This document shows, piece after piece, positions 23,490 to 35,612 of a stretch of 64,000 nt of DNA (position 1 is the first letter of the stretch; every line of letters starts with the position of its first letter). The stretch spans positions 4,030,001 through 4,094,000 of the forward strand of contig OZ210884.1 of NCBI GenBank assembly GCA_964658305.1. Reading direction: 5' to 3'. This DNA is from Leptogorgia sarmentosa. Taxonomy: Eukaryota. Position numbers and translations under genes: made by a program. The notes beneath the pieces are model-generated. The model saw nothing but the letters and a program-made list of their open reading frames with translations, made no database searches and was not told where the DNA came from.

Positions 23490-24293
23490 ATGAAAATTAA
23501 AATGGCGTCCCAAGCAAGGGACGAAACTTATTTTGATCCTGAAAATCTGCCAGTTTTAGTTGCAGAGAACATCGCATCGCACTTGAGTGGTCTGGATTTG
23601 ATAAACCTAGGCATGACCTGCAAATTCTGGCACGAAATAGCCGCAAGTAATGCGGTGTGGAAAATGCTGTGCGAGAAACGATTTGGGAAGCAACCTGGTG
23701 AAACTGGAAGTGAAAACTTCAAGAAAGTTTATTTTAAACTGGGCAGAATGAAATTGTCTGTGGTCGAATTTGACGACATTTTGCATTTCGGTAATCGCTA
23801 TTTGAAGAAAATTAATGACCCAGAGAGCTCGTCAGGCAGTGTTCTACATCTGAAAACAGTTTGTTGGTTGCAAGTGGATGGAAAATTTAAAGCCGTATTT
23901 GCGGGAGAGTACAATGTATTGTGGCGAATGAAATTAAACAATGCTTATATGCGGTGCAGTGAGGAAGCGTGTATATATTATAAAGCTACACCAAAGTTGG
24001 GCTGTGGCGTTGAGTTGTGTTGTAAATGGGATGAGGATAAGCTTCGTAAGGAAGAGAAGGACAATGGAACAAATACATGGTTTGTTTACAACAGTGGTGT
24101 ACTTACTGTTGAAACCATGTGTGATGTCCATGTCGAAATCCATGGCCGAAATGATTATTGGTGCGGAGGATTTTATTGGGATTATGTTCAGTTAAAATGT
24201 GTCAATGACAGCTCGACATCAAATTTTGTCAATGAGCAATCCGCTATTAAACCAAAAGGGAAAATTCGCCCCGGCTCATGTGATGTGATGTAA
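23490..24293 (+). CDS. F-box protein with PP2/Nictaba-like domain and C-terminal polybasic-CaaX (CDVM), copy 2
   Basis: 13 amino-acid differences from copy 1 over the shared region. Ends KPKGKIRPGSCDVM*. First ATG at 23490, second at 23502. Confidence 0.88.
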   Translation: MKIKMASQARDETYFDPENLPVLVAENIASHLSGLDLINLGMTCKFWHEIAASNAVWKMLCEKRFGKQPGETGSENFKKVYFKLGRMKLSVVEFDDILHFGNRYLKKINDPESSSGSVLHLKTVCWLQVDGKFKAVFAGEYNVLWRMKLNNAYMRCSEEACIYYKATPKLGCGVELCCKWDEDKLRKEEKDNGTNTWFVYNSGVLTVETMCDVHVEIHGRNDYWCGGFYWDYVQLKCVNDSSTSNFVNEQSAIKPKGKIRPGSCDVM

Positions 24294-25187
24294 GGGATAT
24301 TTCTCTGGGGTTGGTTCATAAGAAATCTGGACGGGTGGTGTAAAGTAAATAAAAAGTCGTAAAAATTTGAAATTCTGGTTTGAAGTATAGAATTATCTTT
24401 TATGTTGCATGCTCTGTTTTTGCTTTAGCTTCAGTCTATAATCAAAGACATATGGATCGGACAGTTTACAAACTGTTTGCTAACTATCATTAATAATTAT
24501 CTTAGTTTGATTCTATTTGATTTAACCAGTTGATTTGCATGCTATGTGATTGAATTAGTGATTAGGTGTTGACAAGTTAATTTAATTCACCGCCGTTATA
24601 TAAGACATTGATGAATAGGAAGTCGGTATTGTTGTTGAGACGCTATACGAGACAGCGAGCTGTAAAGACAAGTCTAAGTTTATTCGAAGTCCGTAGAGAT
24701 TCACTCTTCAGGTATTACAAATTGTATTTTATATTTTTGATCTTTGATACTGTGTAATCATTTAATCATTATCTAATCAGAGTCTAATCAATTTCGGAAT
24801 GTATGTATTAAAATAATAATATATTACGAAATATCTCTACTGGATTGTGTGTGGTTTTGCCCAAACAGAAACAACATATCTTAATACCAATAATATAGGT
24901 ATGATATGTCATTCATTATTATATACATAGTCTAGTCATAGTATGGCCATCTGGAGCTGCCTTCATGTATATTTCCGATACCATTGTCACAATTCGATAT
25001 TTGGAATGATATATTTGGGTGTGTATAACTACGTTTTATTGACATTAAGCCACCTGTCTGTGCTACCAAGGCAGGTTGTATCAATTGCTAATGCGCACCA
25101 CTCCTTTCCACCAACACGTCTCCTAATATACTCTCTCACTGAACACGCGCAATCTCCAGCACCATATCACCACGCTCACACACTTCA

Positions 25188-25583
25188 CAAAAACGAAAAA
25201 ATGAAGTTCTTTTTTTGAGCAAATTCCTCAATTTATGTAATACAAAACTGATACAAAAACGAAAAAATGAAGTTCTTTTTTTGAGCAAATTCCTCAATTT
25301 ATGTAATACAAAACTGATACAAAAACGAAAAAATGAAGTTCTTTTTTTGAGCAAATTCCTCAATTTATGTAATACAAAACTGATACAAAAACGAAAAAAT
25401 GAAGTTCTTTTTTTGAGCAAATTCCTCAATTTATGTAATACAAAACTGATACAAAAACGAAAAAATGAAGTTCTTTTTTTGAGCAAATTCCTCAATTTAT
25501 GTAAAACAAAACTGATACAAAAACGAAAAAATGAAGTTCTTTTTTTGAGCAAATTCGTCAATTTATGTAATACAAAACTGATA
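25188..25583. repeat. 66-bp satellite array, 6 units
   Basis: Same unit as the array at 22595-23255. Confidence 0.97.
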
Positions 25584-25939
25584 TGCGAGCACGTCTTTCC
25601 AAGACCGGTTAGCAGGTAAGAAACATGCTTTGCGACCAGTCATGCTTGGAGCGTGGTGAAACATAACTAACAGTTTAAACCTAAAACTACCAGGGACTAT
25701 AGGCCTTAGTGGCACAACACAGGCAATCACTCTAGAGTCCAGCCTTGGTATTCACACACTTGTAACAAAAATGCACCTGGGTTTTGCCAATATCAATTCG
25801 CCACATCGATTATAATACTATTGTATTCATAATCACTTCAATTGTCTAATTAAACATATCTAGATAATGATGTTATCAGTCACTCAAATAAAAATCACCT
25901 CAATTATCTAATTAATCATATCAAGATTAAAATGTCTAA

Positions 25940-26650
25940 GTCGGTTGGTTAGTTCGTTGGTTAGTTCGTTGGTTAGTTAGTTTGTTAGCTAGTTTGTTAG
26001 CTAGTTTGTTAGCTAGTTAGTTAGCTAGTTTGTTTAACTAGCTATTTAGCTAGTTAGTTTGTTAGTTTGTTAGTTTGTTAGTTTGTTAGTTTGTTAGTTT
26101 GTTAGTTTGTTAGTTAGCTAGTCAGTTAGCTAGTTCGTTAGCTAGTTCGTTAGCTAGTTCGTTAGCTAGTTAGTTAGCTAGTTAGTTAGCTAATTAGTTA
26201 GCTAGTCAATTAGTTAGTCAGTTACCAAGTCAGTTAGCTGGTCAGTTAGCTAGTCAGTTAGCTATTCAGTTAGCTTGTTAGTTAGCTTGTTAGTTAGCTT
26301 TTTAGTTAGCTTGTTAGTTAGGTAATTAGTTAGCTAATATGTTTGCTAGTAAGTTTGCTAGTTAGTTTGCTAGTTAGTTAGTTTGCTTGTTTGTTTGTTA
26401 GCTAGTTGGTTTGCTTGTTTGTTTGTTAGCTAGTTAGTTTGTTAGTTTGTTAACTAGTTAGTTCGTTAGTTATTAGTTTGTTAGCTGGTCAGTTAGTTAG
26501 CTAGTGTGTTTGCTAGTTAGAGTTAGATTGCTAGTTTGCTAGTTAGATTGCAAGTTATAGTTTGCTAGTTAGATTGCTAGTTAGTTAGCTTGTCAGTTAG
26601 CTAGTTAGTTAGCTAGTGTGTTAGCTAGTTAGTTAGTTAGTCCTGTTAGT
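25940..26650. repeat. Compound tetranucleotide repeat (TTAG/CTAG/TTTG/TCAG)n
   Basis: About 700 bp of 4-nt-periodic sequence. Confidence 0.95.
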
Positions 26651-27699
26651 TCGACCATGCTTTTCCATATTTTAGCAGCACAGCCATAGGTGTAAGCCGG
26701 AGCAACTCTGATAACATAAGTTGTGAGTGTGTTATGTGAAGATGCATCCGTTTCACGACATGCAGAAGTCACGTCAAGTAATTGCAAACGTAAATGCGTT
26801 TTTTTGTGTATGTCATGACTCACATTGTATAGAGACATTTAACATACACTAATAACAAGCAGTAAATATTTTGCTTTTGTGTAAGGTGCAAGAAGAGGTT
26901 TATGGTTTTATTGTCATCAGTATATATGGCTGAATATATTCGGGTCGCCAGGAAAAAATCGTGAACTATAACATAACGCTTCCCAACTTGCAATTATTAA
27001 TAAACCGGCCAAAAATATCAATAATTTTAAGGCCCATACCTTCAGGATTCAATATGTAATTAAAGAGCAAGCGGAAAATCAATATTGCAGTTATGTATAT
27101 GTGAAGTGCGTTCATCCGGTAATTGCAAACTGAAATATGTAATTATGTATACGCGTCGTATTTGCCAAAATGTCAATTGTGATAATTGGTTGATAAGCGA
27201 AGCCCAAGTTAAAATATACACAATTAACGATTTTCTTCACATGCATGCATTGTCATAACTTGAATTTGACTGTTTCAATATCCCTCAGCATTGCTCAATG
27301 ATGTATAAGTATATATTATTATATAAGATAGATATATTGATTCACTGCATGGGAAATTCATTGCTCGTGCAAATTGAAAAATTCGCCGCCTGAAGGAAAA
27401 GCAATACACTAAGTTACTAACCTAAATCAGCAGCTGTTGTTTTTACCTTTGTAATCAGAATTTAGACTGCCGTACATCATAAGCAGCAAAAGTTCTATTT
27501 GAATACAAAAAATATGTTAGCTAATTAGCGGGAATTTGCTAGACTTCAAAATTTCAAGTGACAAGTTTATTTAAAGTTTCAAGTGACTGTTATATATATT
27601 TCGCAAATTGAGTGAAACGCGCTAGTCGAAACATTATTGCCGTGTTATTTTTTCAGTCTGATTACATCTAAAAGGCGGTAACTCACATTCAGTCAGAAC

Positions 27700-27746
27700 T
27701 CCGCATTTCGTAGCATATAAGCTGCTTATATGCTACGAAATGCGGA
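27700..27746. repeat. Perfect palindrome, 23-bp arms with 1-nt spacer
   Basis: TCCGCATTTCGTAGCATATAAGC-T-GCTTATATGCTACGAAATGCGGA, followed by TTAGCTAGTTTT. Confidence 0.9.
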
Positions 27747-28719
27747 TTAGCTAGTTTTATATGTCAATAAAATATTGTTTGCATGTATTGAAACAAATGT
27801 GATGAGCTGAAGCATTTTGCAACTATGAGCTACTATAACTAAGATGACCTGCGCAGGGGTCAGCGATAAAGTTCATCAAAACATATATATAAAATCTAAT
27901 CAAGAAATGCCAATTGCCGGTTCACTGGAAGAAAAATGATAATTCGAGGCCATTTTGAAAGGAATTAGAGAGGGGCATTCGCCTGAAAATGTTAATTGAG
28001 ATTTGAAATTTTTTTATGTCAGCTGTTAAAAAGGTTATAACTTGCACCATTCGTGTATAGTGTACTATAGGGCTTATAACCCCAATGGTTATGTCAAATC
28101 AACGTAGTCCAAATGCCAGATCTGATGATCTCCATTTATCGTTCCGCTTTTTACATTCTCCACATGAAAAGTGCACTGGGTGAAACGGGCCAATATATAT
28201 AATTGTGTTTTCATCAATCGCCTGACTTCATGACAGATTTTCAATATCGCTTATTACTGTACGAATTAAAAATCATTATAGCCAACGCACAAATTAATTA
28301 AGCGTTTTCAGTAGTGTGCCACGAAAAAAAATATGGAATTATTTATTGACAATTATATGCAATTACTATTCGTGTATTTTCTGCCGACGTGGAATGATCG
28401 AAATCAAAGATGCATTAAATTATTTTCAAGTGGTTGCGCACGTATGGGTGCTTCTCAAACGTCTGTCATTTTTTTGTGGGAATAAACAGTCCTCGTTTAA
28501 AATACGTATATTGCATGAGCGTCAATGCAAGGTGTTGACAGAGTAAAAATCAAACATCGCATCTTTTTGATATTGATTCTAGTCTGATTTTAATAATTGA
28601 GGTTTATTTATATGCTAATCAGGATCGTTTCATATGATAAATACACCACTCCTATACGTTTGCGTGCTTTACGGCATTCAAGACGGTCGAAATCTCAATG
28701 AAAGAAGCGATTCAGACTG

Positions 28720-28849
28720 ATGGATTTAACTAAGACGAACGTTTACGGAATTTCGTTGCGCGGCATTCTGTTTCTAACATACGTTCTCATCTTTTATTGT
28801 GGCTCGACAGAGGGGACTCGTGGCATATTGGAGCGCGCCAAATTTACAG
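28720..28849 (+). CDS. Exon 1 (signal peptide) of the SMB-domain 7TM receptor
   Basis: Translates MDLTKTNVYGISLRGILFLTYVLIFYCGSTEGTRGILERAKFT. Donor CAG|GTAAC is phase 1, matching the phase-1 acceptor at 29915. Confidence 0.7.
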
Positions 28850-29915
28850 GTAACCGTTTAAATGTAGTTAGAACGTCTTGAGGGAAACTCGCATTTAAAG
28901 ATATCGTAATAACGTTAAGTTACATCACAAGCGAATGCATAACTGCTTCTTATTTGGGCCTGATTCGTTTTAGCCCTTATGGAACAATTTTAGAGTATGC
29001 CATCTTTATTGACATGGTCATCGTTTGCATCAATAACAAGCAGATATATTATTTTATTTATTAATCTAATCGTGGTAACTTCATTTAAACGTTGGATAGT
29101 TTCTGATTTCAAATGGAATGTGTTCAAATTTAATAATGAATATTTAAAATGATTTGAATCCTATATAGGGTTGAATTTTTTTAATATTTTTGATTTTGCA
29201 TGTTTGTTGGCAGCAAAGTGTAAAATAACAATAAGGCTTGACTCGCTACTTGAAGGCCAGTCGAGATTCATTTATGACCCAACCTGTTGACACTGTAGGA
29301 TACCAAGCACTCGATTGCGTGGGAGGGCAATGACGTATACACCACTAACCAATTATACAACAACTGCTAACCTATGACCTACAAGTTTACGTCTTTAATT
29401 ATAATCAACATGAATCGTGTTTACGAGTGCATGCTTTCGGAGCAGATGACTGTGAATTTCACCCAACTTTAGAATTACTGATTACTCGTGGTGAAGAATA
29501 TGGACAGTATAATAGAACGCAGTGTCAAAAATGTTGGGTCGTGAATGCAGTTTCATGACCAGACCTGACATGACCGGACCTTTGACTAACCAGATTACCA
29601 CCAGTCTGGGCAAACTTTTGCCTTCATCCCACGGTTTCAACAGGCGCTTTGTTTTCAGTAGGGAGAGAATTCTTTATGAAAGATCGATTACTTCGGAATT
29701 CAGGCTTTTCCAGATACAAAAATCCCACAACTCTTGGAGTTGGATTCATGTTCTTTAGTACAAACGTCAAAACGAATCTCATATCAAAACATTCCGGATT
29801 TATGACGAATCCAGAATCTTTTGACGTTGTGGCCTAGTGTAAACGGGGCGCCAAGCTTAAGGCCCGGAAAATTTGACTGAGGCTAAAGATTGATATCACT
29901 GTTGTTTTACAAAAG

Positions 29916-32488
29916 GTTCATCAAAGCCTGGTCACCAACGCGTACGTCGACAAACCACTTACTCCTCCTGTGGTGTACCTGCAGGTCGTTGCACCGGAAA
30001 CAAGGCGGTATTTCGAGCTGAGAATGAAAATTACTGTTCTTGTGACGACGCTTGCTTCAATATATTCAACGATTGCTGCACGGATTTCGAAAGACACTGC
30101 GGTGAACAGGAGCTGCCGGATCCTAGACAACCTGCATCAAAATGGAAGTGCGTTGAATTCAGGTGGTCACCCACTTGGCCTTGCGTAATCGAAGGAGTGA
30201 CTGGAGTTTGGATGATTAATGAATGTCCTGTTGACCAATCGTACGACGAGTTGGTACGAAAGTGTGAAAATGCGCCATCCGAATTCTCATATCCTGTGGG
30301 AGACTTTATTCCGGTCGTTGGGGGAAACGGCGAAACCTTTCGCAACAAGTACTGCGCGATGTGTAACGGAGTACAAAATTTCACCGCGTGGGATGTAGGC
30401 GTTTCCACGGGTGTGATACCACCTGATAACTTAGACCTGGACATGATGCTGAAGTTTATCGAAAACAGTGGGGGACGGATTCGGTATGTTTCTCCCCAGC
30501 CAGAACAGCCTCGAAGATTTTGCTTCGGAAGAAATTATATAGACAGCTGTAATTCCACCGACGCTAGATTACAGAGGAATTGCGTTAACGGTCCTGTAGA
30601 GGTCGTCACAAGTACAACAAGCAGTTATATTTATTTCAAGAATCACGCATGCGCCATGTGTCACGGTCACCGCGCAGCGATCGACTGGAAGACAGCACAG
30701 GTGTGCGATCCTGTAACCCCTGAAGGATTTTCCGTCGTTTTTCAGTTGCAGGATAACAAGCCGACGACTATTGTGGTGAGGGCGCATTGTCCTCCTGGGA
30801 CTGTTTACGATCCTGACTTGAAATTCTGTCGCGAAGGATATATCACTGCTTCCAGTGATGAACTAAGCGACGAGTTTTTGATACTGCTGTGGTTTAAGCA
30901 GCCTGAAGACCGAGCTGGTTCACGATTAAATTCCACGTTGAAAAGTGATTTCAAATCGGCGTTATCTTTTCATTACTCGCTCGTGGACAGCCAAATCTCA
31001 AGAATGACCCTCCACAACCAGGATGTGACAAATGACTTACTCGTTGCTTCGTTTCGCTTAACATTGACCCCATTTCAAACCCTGATAATGGCTAATCAAA
31101 ACGCAACCGGTTTAAATGTTACACATGAAGAAAACATCGCGTTCTTAAAACTTTTGAACTTTACAGGAAATGTTACCCTAGTTGGGAAAAATTCTAACTT
31201 CGAATTCGCTGTGATCAAAGTGATCTCAAATCGACTTTCGTGTTATGGGAAAGAAAAATTTCTGTTGAACGAATACGAAATTGACCGGGACAATGGGACT
31301 CTTGTTGTGCACAGAACGGGGCAAGTATTTACACTTAATGATTATACCTTGTTTGAAGAAATCGATGGAAATATTACATTATGTCGTAAAGTGCTGCTAG
31401 CAGATTGCAACGAAGGTGGATACGTGCCTTTGAGTCGGAATGAGTACGAGATTTTTTCCAATTTGACTATTTATTACAACAGAACATTTATAAACTTTGG
31501 GGAGTATCTTATCGGTGAAACTCTGAGTAAAAATGAAAAAAATACCGACTCCATCTTATCAAAAAACGTTACAATATCTGTTTGTTTGCCATACGGTCAT
31601 ACGTACAATAAAACTGAGACTGACCATTCGACTAAGAAGACAAGTATTGCGTTACGGTATCTGACATTGATTGATTTTAGTATTTCGATAATCTCTCTTA
31701 TACTACTTCTGATAACGTACTGTTTATTTAAAGAATTAAGAACAATTCCAGGATTGAATTTAATGAATTTAAGCTTTTCGATGTTGCTGTCTTATCTCGT
31801 ATGGCTCATAGGTACAAGCCACTTTACTGGAACAGAGACATGTAGAATTTTGGCGATATTTGGACAGTACTTTTTCCAAGTCTCATTTCTAGCAATGTCC
31901 GTGATATCGTTCCATTCCTACCGTGCTTTTTCACAGCCCATGACAGGACGAACTGCTCACAAATCTTGGCGAAAGTTTCTCAAATATTTTGCATTCGCGT
32001 GGCTAACTCCTGCCGCTTTTGTCGCAATTTGTGTCAGCCTGGACGAAACTCAAACCTTCGCGATTGATTATGGAACAAACTGCTGGTTGGGAACGAAAAA
32101 CGCTAAGCTGTATTTATTCTTATTGCCCCTGGCTGTAATATTACTGTTTAACATCTACACCTTTATCCAGACGGCACTCAGTTTATCGCGTCACGAGAAG
32201 AATAGGACGACTTTACAGCTTAAGGAAGGAAAGCAAAATCTGCTTATCTCGGCAAAACTTGCAACGTTGGTTGGCTTTCCTTGGTTATTTGGATTCCTTG
32301 GTGTAATATTCCCTGATGTTGAGGTATTCGAATACCTATTTGTTATTTTTGCTTGTTTACAGGGGCTGTACATAGGAATAGCGTTTGTATTTAATAAGAA
32401 AACATCGAAACTTTATAAGGACCGCTTCGAACTCCTCTCTACTGGGAATACTTCTTCTCGTACAACACGAAGTTTTCCGATGACATAA
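29916..32488 (+). CDS. Exon 2 of a family-B (secretin/adhesion/Methuselah-like) GPCR with somatomedin-B and Cys-rich ectodomain; about 900 aa in total
   Basis: The frame is open from 29894. RVRR furin-like site, SMB motif CSCDDACFNIFNDCCTDFERHC, and two F(R/K)NxxCAMCxG repeats. 7TM region with ELRTIPGLNLMNLS, YGTNCWL, GFPWLFGF and LQGLYIGIAF. Confidence 0.92.
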
Positions 32489-33633
32489 TAAATTATGAGA
32501 TTCAGTTATAAATTCAGGAAAACGATCGTAATATTGTTGTTAATGTGTCCCAGAAAAACGGAACCTGGATAAATTAATTATGCATTCGTTGAAATTTGCT
32601 TTCACGATAATGTAATTATTATCCACATTAGTTCGACGAACATGATATTTCTGTGTCTTTGGAATTTTATATCTTGTTTGCAGTATAAGTAAAAGCAAAA
32701 CGCGATAGATACAACAAAGTGAATTCATTTTTAATGAAGACATAATTATTTATGCCGGTTGCGTTTTTTTGGGACACCCAGTATAATCAATGCTATTCTT
32801 AGTCTAGTTTTGGTAGTAAAATGCTTTTAGAATAAAGAGCCTAGAGGGGCAGTAATTAAATAAGTTTTAGCTTTGTGCAAGAACTATATTCCTTGAACAG
32901 CAGTACAACGGACATTGCTCAAACTTTTTCTCATCAACATTGCATTGTAGGTTAAACTACGTAACCCTGCTGTTGTATACTTGTGCCTATTATCGATCTG
33001 GAAACATTTTGCATGTGATTACTTCGATTTTCTTCAATCTTGACTGCATTACAATTTTGTGTAAATCTGCAATTGAACCCGAGATTTGTCTTTCAGCAAC
33101 GTTAGCAAGACGCATGCCTGATTAGATGAATTTGCAATTGTTTTTCGCGATATCGCCGGAATGTGTCGGAATTTTCGGGTTTTCGTGGCTTTTAAAAATT
33201 ACCATCGCATGCTTATATAGTGCGCGTTTTCTGGCGCGATATCGTTCAGTTTCGTTGACATGATTTAGAACTGAGTAACTTTTACAAAACTTACCATTAA
33301 ATCTGTAGAGTTTTTTGCCGTTTTAACTCCTCCTGTATGTACTCTATGACTAGTTATTGCATCTAATGTCCATACCCTTGCGCTGGATTTTTGCACTATC
33401 CTTGGGAACTCTGAGTTCATAGTATTGGAAGAAAAGCATTAAATTCATGTTATTACTTAACAATTCAGTACTGAACGACATTAATCTACACTTAAACCTT
33501 CAATGTTGTATTCATTATAAAATTTATTTGACTGTTTTTGTCTCAAAGCTAAAAAGTTTGTGACGACATCTACAATCGATACTCGGTAAGGTTGTTAACA
33601 AAACAGCAAAGGAGCAATAAAAACGTATATATA

Positions 33634-33880
33634 CAGGGGGTGGACAAAAAAAAGTGGCCCTCGATAAAAATTCAGTTTTTACTGAAAAACATCTCTCTCA
33701 AGTAATCGGGAATGCAGAACCCCGTTTGGTTTGAGTACGACCTGAGCAAAATGTTAATTTTTATTGTTCATCTTAGTTTATTGTTCATCTAAGTATATTT
33801 CTTTAAATCTGCAAGGTTGTGGAGCTTGCCGCTTATAAACCGAATTGTTCTGGGGGCCACTTTTTTTTGTCCACCCCCTG
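33634..33880. mobile_element. Tc1/mariner-type MITE, young
   Basis: Perfect 27-bp TIR CAGGGGGTGGACAAAAAAAAGTGGCCC, with TA on both sides. Confidence 0.92.
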
Positions 33881-35612
33881 TACTTCAATCAGTTACGATT
33901 GTAATTCTAAATTTTTATACAAAAACAATTTAACTAGGTCTGAAGTCTCTCCTTTTTGATTGATTGATTGAAAAGTTTATTTAATGAGGGTGACACTTGA
34001 CAGCTTGCGCTGATAAACATGTGGCCCTCAAAATTTAAATGAATTCAGATTTACTAATATTAATAGTTCCGAAGCTTTGTTTGCTGAAATGTCAAAGTAC
34101 TTGCGTAACAAGGCGTGGAAATTGGGGGGGGGGGGGCAATTGTACATGTGCCCCCCCCCCCCCAACGCCAACAGTGGGGGGACCTGCCCCCTTCCCCCCA
34201 GGATTGACGCCCTTGACCGTCATCATCGACTAATGGAAACCAGGCTGCTAATTAACAAGTAAAAAGTGTTCATTTTGAAATTTGACACAGTTCATGCACC
34301 CGAATTGCAGAAAGGAGAAAATAAAAAGCAAACAATTTTTTTCAAAACTTGCAGATTATATATATTGTTAATAATTATTATATATTTTTAAAAGCAATAT
34401 CAAATAAGTTGGTGACATTGCTTCACTATATTAAAATTTACACTAGATAAAAAAGCTAAAAATGCACTGTTCCATCTCTATGTGGCTTATATAATGTGAT
34501 TGTTCGTTAGTATTTTCCAAATACAACGATGCTATTTGTGCATGACAACACACTATGTTAGGATATGATATTTTGGGATCTGTAGAGCAAGGTGCCATCT
34601 CCTCTGTAATTATCACTGTATTTCATCGTACTCTTCTATAAATAGTTGACATCCTCATTGTGCGTGTGAATTTTTTTGAATGATTTCTATTCAAAATTAC
34701 GTGTCTGCGTATAAAAATTGAGACAAAAATTATATATTATTTCACTATATACTTTCAAAATTAAAAGCATTTTTGGCCATTTGAGAAGTTTCGTTTATCA
34801 AAATATTCTTGTGGATCCGACCCCAAGCCCTCAATCTTGCTGGCAATAGCCCCATTCAGAATGTACCAAGTTGTCGGAGGGTGCGTTAAGGCTAATTCAA
34901 TTAACCAGTTCACAATACGCTCTACGGTCCCTGTACATAAACCACACATAGTGCAATGTTCCGGTCTTATTTATATCCTATTATAACTAAAATCGCTATA
35001 CGAATTTATTTTTGACTCTTTCTCTCTAACGCTTATTTTTTCATTAGCAAAATGTTTTCATTCATGTCTCGTTGTAGCCATCAGGCGCAATTCAACGGTC
35101 ATACGGTTATTCGATATCAATCTCTTGAATGATGTGATTTTGGACAATGTTGAAAAGGCCACACGAACTTCCGTCTGTCCCATAAGCCATTTGAGGTCCT
35201 TCTGCTGGACCTTGGTATTTAGTCTGTGAAGAGTACAACTTATAGACCACTAAAAACAGTGCGTAAGGTGCCGTTTTGATCTTACTTTGGAAGGAAACGC
35301 CTCGTTGGGACTTCGACTGATCTCACCTTTGGTCCTTTCGACTTTTTGTACTCGGAGAATTTCGTATATTCCCCTCCGGGATAATTACCCGATGAGTCTT
35401 TGTCCTAATGCTGGGAGCATTCTGGGACCAATGTTATGCAGCGGGCATATTGGATTGACGATTCCAGGAATGGGATCTTGCAAATGATTTCACGTGTTTG
35501 TCTAATATCGATTACAAAGGTATCTTACACTGTAAGTAATAGTAACTTCGATAAAATAACATAACCGACTTAAACCAATCGCGTGATGTATACGTTGTCA
35601 CGTGAAAACTAA

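Larger units (their letters stand above)
20835..25719 (+). repeat. Tandem segmental duplication, about 2.6-kb unit (20835-23390 and 23442-25719)
   Basis: Near-identity from AGAGAGTTCAGTTCTGGCC through the gene, 3' region and satellite to GGCACAACA. About 50 bp of unique junction sequence at 23391-23441. Confidence 0.95.

Noticed and set aside
20921..24195. Overlapping antisense and alternate-frame ORFs inside the F-box genes (also inside the GPCR and Kv1 exons)
   Set aside because: Shadow ORFs of real coding sequence, duplicated only because the genes are duplicated.
22595..25583. CRISPR-like array
   Set aside because: Units are contiguous with no unique spacers, there are no cas genes, and the context is eukaryotic.
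29290..29352. tRNA-like sequence on the minus strand (also about 34805-34928)
   Set aside because: Only weak A/B-box resemblance and no cloverleaf; at most decayed SINE heads.
34039..34262. Gly/Pro-rich ORFs
   Set aside because: Translation of G/C runs from a decayed hAT-type MITE end.
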